Under the pieces are notes generated by a model, which saw only the letters and a program-made list of their open reading frames with translations, was not told where the DNA came from and did no database searches. DNA of 64,000 nucleotides from NCBI GenBank assembly GCA_965197525.1, contig OZ240211.1, forward strand, positions 416,001-480,000, written 5' to 3'. This document shows, one piece after another, positions 58,992-64,000 of this stretch (position 1 is its first letter; each line of letters starts with the position of its first letter). Source of the stretch: Nitrosopumilus sp. Its GTDB lineage: Archaea > Thermoproteota > Nitrososphaeria > Nitrososphaerales > Nitrosopumilaceae. The position numbers and the translations under genes were made by a program.

Positions 58992-61900
58992 CTAACCAAC
59001 TATAGTATCAAGCACGAATACTAGTGCAATTTTAAATGTATCTATTGTAAGATCACCGCCGATTACAAGGACAGCCAAGTCAGTCATCACCCAATCCGGA
59101 ATATCAGCGCCTGGGTAGTCAAGGCCTATGGACTCTAGCAGTTCAGAGTCAGATATAGATTGCGGGTCAAATCCAGCCCACATTTTGATACTAAGGAGAA
59201 CGTCAGCATTATTATTATTATTATTATTAATATCAGATGTAGATTCCACATCTGGCGTTGCTGTTGTGATAAGTTCTGTCGTTGTTGTTGTTGTTGTTTC
59301 TTCTGCCAACTCTGACTGTTCTGGTGTCGATACTATGTTAAGAGCATCTAGTATCCGTATGTTAGTAGACCTAGAATTATCATTCCATATTCGTGCAACC
59401 AGATTGGTCAATCCCATCTCCCCATCAAACTCTATTACTGTAAGTATAGTATATTGGAAAGATTGTTCATCGTCTTGTTCTATAGTGACTGTGGCATCAG
59501 CAATGTAGTTATGTGGATCAACTACAGTAACACGACCATTCAAGTATGTAATGTACGTATCGCTTGAAGTATAAGAGGTATCATCACCATCCAAATTCAA
59601 AAACATGACAAAGTGGTCAATACCACTAGATGAATATGCTGTAAACGCAATGTTTGTAGACTGGTTCAAACCAATTTGGTATGGATGAATGGTGTTTATC
59701 TTTCCACCTAGTGCATAACAGGCGCCATCAGTCACAAATGGGAAACTAAATATAATTTCACCTTCCATAACTGATTCAATTGGTGTGGATGAATCATAGG
59801 ATTCAAGAATATCAAGAACGCTTTCTGGTATGTCGACATTAAACTGTGAATCCTGCAATGCATTTAGATCTACTATGGGGGGTGGTGTAGAACTACTAGA
59901 TTTCTTTTTGGCCACCGTGATGAATTTATCAGTAATTTCAGTGGTAATTCGGTTAGGTGTATCTGCAGTATCAGATATGGTGTTGGCTGCAATGAAGAGG
60001 CGAGGGTTGGATAATGTCTTGAATGTCTCTTTTTGCTCGTCAGTCAATGTGAGGGTTATAACTTGATTTTGTATGGTTAGTGTCGCATCGGTAAGAGTTA
60101 GACCGCCTGATGTTTCACCGTTTGATCTGATGGTAAAATCAAGTGGGTTTGCAATAGCATCATCAAGATCTTCATTAAATGTAATGACTAACGCACCGGT
60201 TTTAGGTGTGTATTTAGCTGATAGGAACTCTGGAAGCTGGGTATCAGTAACAGTGACATTCACGTCAAGTTCGGCATATAATCCAGTAGTAGGGCCAGTA
60301 CAAATAAAGGTTACCAGATAAGTACCTTCAGCTTGAATGTTGAAACCTTTGTGCGTAACTCGAATGTCAGTATCAAAGTCGTCACTGCATTCTACAACAT
60401 CTGATGGGGTAAAAATACCAGTTCGTTCCACAACAGGACTAGTGTCTATTACGGTTATGGCGGGTGGTTTTTCACCGACTATGACTGTCAGGGTTTGAGC
60501 GCCTGGGCCGTTATCGTCACGACAAGTAAAGGTTATTGTTTGTTGTGGTGTTTGAGATGCTGGAATGTTAACATCAATCATACCAACAGTACCGATGGGG
60601 GAGGTTAGAGTAGCACCACTATAGTCAACACATGTAACATCAGGCGGTGTAAAACGACCGGTGGAATCATATGGTACATGCAAAGGGTTGTCACCTGTTA
60701 TAATGACAGTGGGTGCATTTTCAGGCTGGTTGACACGTACTAGCAGAGTGTCAGTACCTGCTTGGCGTTTACTATCAGTACAGGTAAAAGTGACGTAAGT
60801 GTCACCAGGAGTACTAGTGTCAATAGAAATAGTGTCAGAGGTTGGAGTAATAGTGTCAGCATCATTATCACGACATGTAACAGCAGGTGCTGTATAACTA
60901 CCATTATAATCTACGAAAAGTGGGTTAGGACCAGGGATGTGTACATCAGGTGCAGGATCATCGAGTACTGTAATTACAGCAGTGCTGCTACCACTATGTG
61001 TACTGTTACTAACTTGAAGTGTTAACGTATAGCGGGTATTCTTATCAACTGCAGGGGCAATAAATGTAGGATTTTGAATACGGGCATCAGAGAAGACGTT
61101 TGCAGTATCAGGGTTAGAAGACCAGCTGTATGTCAAGGAACTATTATCACCGCCGCCGCTACTAGAACCAGTTAGTTCTATACTATCAAGTTCATACACA
61201 GAGTCATCAGAGGATATAGTGACAGTTAATGGAGGAGGGGGCAGAACACTGACTGTCAGAGTAGATGTACCTGTTTGGGGTTTACTATCAGTACAGGTAA
61301 AAGTGATACGAGTGTCACCAGGAGTACGAGTGTTAATAGAATCAGTGCTAGGGATTGGAATAATAGAGGCATTATCATTATCACTACAGGTAACAACAGG
61401 TGGTGTATAAACATCGCCATATTCTATGACAAGTGGATTAGGACCAGGGATATGTACAACAGGTGCAGGATCATCGAGTACTTGAATTCTGACAGTGGCA
61501 CTACCATGATGCGTATCGTCACCAATTTCAACTGTTAGCGTATAGTAGGTATCCCTATCAACTTCAGGAGCAGTAAATGTAGGATTTGGAATAGAGTTAT
61601 CAATGAAGGCACTTGTGGTATCAGGGCTAGAAGACCATCTGTATGTCAGAGAACTGCCATCACCGCCAGTATGAGAACTAGTTAGTGGTATAGTATCACC
61701 TTCAGTCACAGAGCTCTGAGAGGATGATGCAGTGACGGATAATGGAGCAGGAGCTAGAACACGGACTATCAGAGTAGCAGCACCTGCTTGGTTTTTACTA
61801 TCAGTACAGGTAAAAGTGACGCGAGTGTCACCAGGAGTACGAGTGTTAATAGAATCAATGTCAGGGATTGGACGAATAGGGCCATCATCATTATCACGAC

Positions 61901-62903
61901 ATGTAACAGCAGGTACTGTATAAACACCACCATATTCTATTTCAAGTGGATTAGGACTAGGGATAGTTACAACAGGTATAGGATCGCTGTGTACGGTAAT
62001 TGGGACAGTGACGCTATCCCTAAACGTCCCGTCATTGACTACAAGTGTTATGCTATAGGTGGTATCCCTATCAACTGGAGGAGCGGTAAACACGGTATGT
62101 TTAGTATTGTTAAAAGAAAAGACATCTGCAGTATCAGGGCGAGAAGACCAGCTGTATGTCAGAGAACTGCCATCACCGCCAGTATAAGAACTAGTTAGTG
62201 TTATAGTATCACCTTCAATCACAGTTCTGTTAGAGGGGGTTACAGAAATATCTAATGGAGAAGGAGGCGGAGGATTTCCAACGTTAACTGTTAGTGTTTT
62301 AGTGACATCAGGCCAAGGAGAATTCAAGCAAGTGTATGTGATTGTCTGTCTTGATACAGTTGTGGTATCAATTGTTGAAGTAGGTGCAATAAGAATAGGA
62401 TCAATAAAACCTACAGGTTTACATTCAGCAGAAGGTGCTTCAAACGTATCACCAGCAGATATGTTGCGAGGACTGTCACCTCCATCAATAGTAATGATAG
62501 GAGCAGGGGTCATATAAAAATAAAAGAAAGCATCATCATAGCCTGCATCATCAAATGCATACAAGGTATAAATTATATCATCAACAGAACCGGGAGGAAC
62601 TGTAAATCGCAAAGTACTCGTATCACTTGTGCCACTATCAGGGAGACTATGCACACCGCGAACCCAGGTGTAAGTAATATCACTACCAGTAATATTAGAT
62701 GTAACTACAGGAGAAATTACAACTTCTCCAACATCAGGATAGAAGAAAAAGGCATTAGATATATCATTAATCGATGGAATTGCAAATGCATGATTGATTA
62801 ACAATCCATCTCCATCTTCTCCCTCGGATCCTACATCCCATCCTCCTAAAGCTAGCGTTACTATCAATAACAAACTTAGAACTAGATATTTTGAGGAAGT
62901 CAT
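58992..62903 (-). CDS. Surface protein paralog B, with two extra 171-aa PKD+Ig units
   Basis: MTSSKYLVLSLLLIVTLALGG start at 62903. Same architecture as paralog A, with internal units spaced 513 bp apart. Confidence 0.87.
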   Translation of the reverse strand: MTSSKYLVLSLLLIVTLALGGWDVGSEGEDGDGLLINHAFAIPSINDISNAFFFYPDVGEVVISPVVTSNITGSDITYTWVRGVHSLPDSGTSDTSTLRFTVPPGSVDDIIYTLYAFDDAGYDDAFFYFYMTPAPIITIDGGDSPRNISAGDTFEAPSAECKPVGFIDPILIAPTSTIDTTTVSRQTITYTCLNSPWPDVTKTLTVNVGNPPPPSPLDISVTPSNRTVIEGDTITLTSSYTGGDGSSLTYSWSSRPDTADVFSFNNTKHTVFTAPPVDRDTTYSITLVVNDGTFRDSVTVPITVHSDPIPVVTIPSPNPLEIEYGGVYTVPAVTCRDNDDGPIRPIPDIDSINTRTPGDTRVTFTCTDSKNQAGAATLIVRVLAPAPLSVTASSSQSSVTEGDTIPLTSSHTGGDGSSLTYRWSSSPDTTSAFIDNSIPNPTFTAPEVDRDTYYTLTVEIGDDTHHGSATVRIQVLDDPAPVVHIPGPNPLVIEYGDVYTPPVVTCSDNDNASIIPIPSTDSINTRTPGDTRITFTCTDSKPQTGTSTLTVSVLPPPPLTVTISSDDSVYELDSIELTGSSSGGGDNSSLTYSWSSNPDTANVFSDARIQNPTFIAPAVDKNTRYTLTLQVSNSTHSGSSTAVITVLDDPAPDVHIPGPNPLFVDYNGSYTAPAVTCRDNDADTITPTSDTISIDTSTPGDTYVTFTCTDSKRQAGTDTLLVRVNQPENAPTVIITGDNPLHVPYDSTGRFTPPDVTCVDYSGATLTSPIGTVGMIDVNIPASQTPQQTITFTCRDDNGPGAQTLTVIVGEKPPAITVIDTSPVVERTGIFTPSDVVECSDDFDTDIRVTHKGFNIQAEGTYLVTFICTGPTTGLYAELDVNVTVTDTQLPEFLSAKYTPKTGALVITFNEDLDDAIANPLDFTIRSNGETSGGLTLTDATLTIQNQVITLTLTDEQKETFKTLSNPRLFIAANTISDTADTPNRITTEITDKFITVAKKKSSSSTPPPIVDLNALQDSQFNVDIPESVLDILESYDSSTPIESVMEGEIIFSFPFVTDGACYALGGKINTIHPYQIGLNQSTNIAFTAYSSSGIDHFVMFLNLDGDDTSYTSSDTYITYLNGRVTVVDPHNYIADATVTIEQDDEQSFQYTILTVIEFDGEMGLTNLVARIWNDNSRSTNIRILDALNIVSTPEQSELAEETTTTTTTELITTATPDVESTSDINNNNNNNADVLLSIKMWAGFDPQSISDSELLESIGLDYPGADIPDWVMTDLAVLVIGGDLTIDTFKIALVFVLDTIVG

Positions 62904-63386
62904 ATTGATTATATGATATCCAATAGATATTGTGTAATAACGATCGGAATTGAATAAGATTGACAAATGTATCAAAAATAAAATAGGTTTACACACATAC
63001 ATATAAAATAAAAGGACAGTGATACCAGTATTACACACTTATTCTTGGTCTAAGATTTATCTAGTAAGCTTTTATAATTTATACGTTAGATCATATCAGC
63101 CCAACAGTATCTCCAAAGACTGATCTTACATACATCCTCCACATAAATACAAACATAGTATATGGCGAAACATCTGAACCATGTTCTCTGATCACATTTG
63201 ATCTGTGCACTTGTCGTATAGAACACCAAGACGTATAGAAGCGTTTATTCTGGTACATCATTAATCGGATCACACTAGTATATTCTAAGAATGTAAACAA
63301 GTTGAAAATATACTATTCCAAACATAGCAAAAGCTTATGCAAGCATCATCTAGTATGTACCCGTATCGTTCAAACGTTGTTGATAG

Positions 63387-64000
63387 GGTTCTGTGAAGTT
63401 ATCGAGGGTTAACCCCTATAACTCGACTTTGACATATCGACTATTCGGATTACCAATGGTGTGCCGGGTTCCGTCATCGCCTGCTCAAGAGTGCCGGACT
63501 GCGCTTCATATATGTCATCTCTACTACCCCTAAACCTAGGGGGCAGCTTGCGTGATATGTTCATGGCAGCGATAATATCCCTGTCCATAAACAAACCGCA
63601 ATTATTACACGACATTTTACGATGTTGTTGCATGTCCTCTTGGAGTCTCTTTCCGCATTGCAGACACTGCGTGCTCGTGTTTCTTGGGTCTACTGTCTCG
63701 ACTGGAGGCAGCCCTACCCATTGGGCTTTGTATTCTATTTGGCGTTGTAACTCGTAGAATTGCCACCCGTTCAATCTACGCCTGTACTTGTTACCTTGAC
63801 TGTTTCCTTTTCGGTACAATTTTCTTATTCCTTTCAGGTTTTCCATGACGATTGCAGTCTTGTTTTTGACTGCGTTGTCTACTATATCCTTTGAGATTCT
63901 GTGGATGTACTGCTTTGTTCTATTGCTCATTCGTCTCTGTCTTTGTTTCCAGAATTGACCTTTCTTTCTGCGATCATTTCTGTGGAATCCTGCCCTAGCG
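63387..64000 (-). mobile_element. tnpB: TIR-bounded tnpB element copy 4 (3' part; continues beyond the window)
   Basis: GGTTCTGTGAAGTTATCGAGGGTTAA at 63387. The tnpB frame is open from the window end to the stop at 63409 and is closely similar to copy 2. Confidence 0.9.

Overview
Low-GC archaeal chromosome segment, most likely from an ammonia-oxidising archaeon of the Nitrosopumilaceae (Nitrososphaerota). This is inferred from eS26, the DUR3-ureABC locus, the XPB-Bax1 pair and thaumarchaeal-type secreted proteins. Giant BspA/Ig-repeat surface proteins and many mobile-element relics suggest a host-associated lineage, which is inference only. Housekeeping genes are interspersed with accessory DNA. 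The main finding is a family of tnpB (RNA-guided nuclease) elements bounded by IS6/IS26-like terminal inverted repeats (GGTTCTGT...), not IS200/IS605-type ends. There are four copies. One has a perfect 25-bp TIR pair and a perfect 8-bp target-site duplication (CAATATTA). A decayed IS6-like transposase relic abuts one copy, and a 237-bp mini-element with related ends carries different cargo. Other notable features: an 81-bp MITE-like element with an 8-bp TSD, an IS110 relic broken by a 26-bp tandem expansion, an apparently orphaned AbiEi-like antitoxin, a 3477-aa surface protein built from 15 near-identical mosaic Ig/P-domain modules, two tandem surface-protein paralogs with a conversion-like tract, and a frameshifted SNF2 helicase. 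No rRNA, tRNA or CRISPR array was recognised. All family assignments come from motif recognition, with no database searches.
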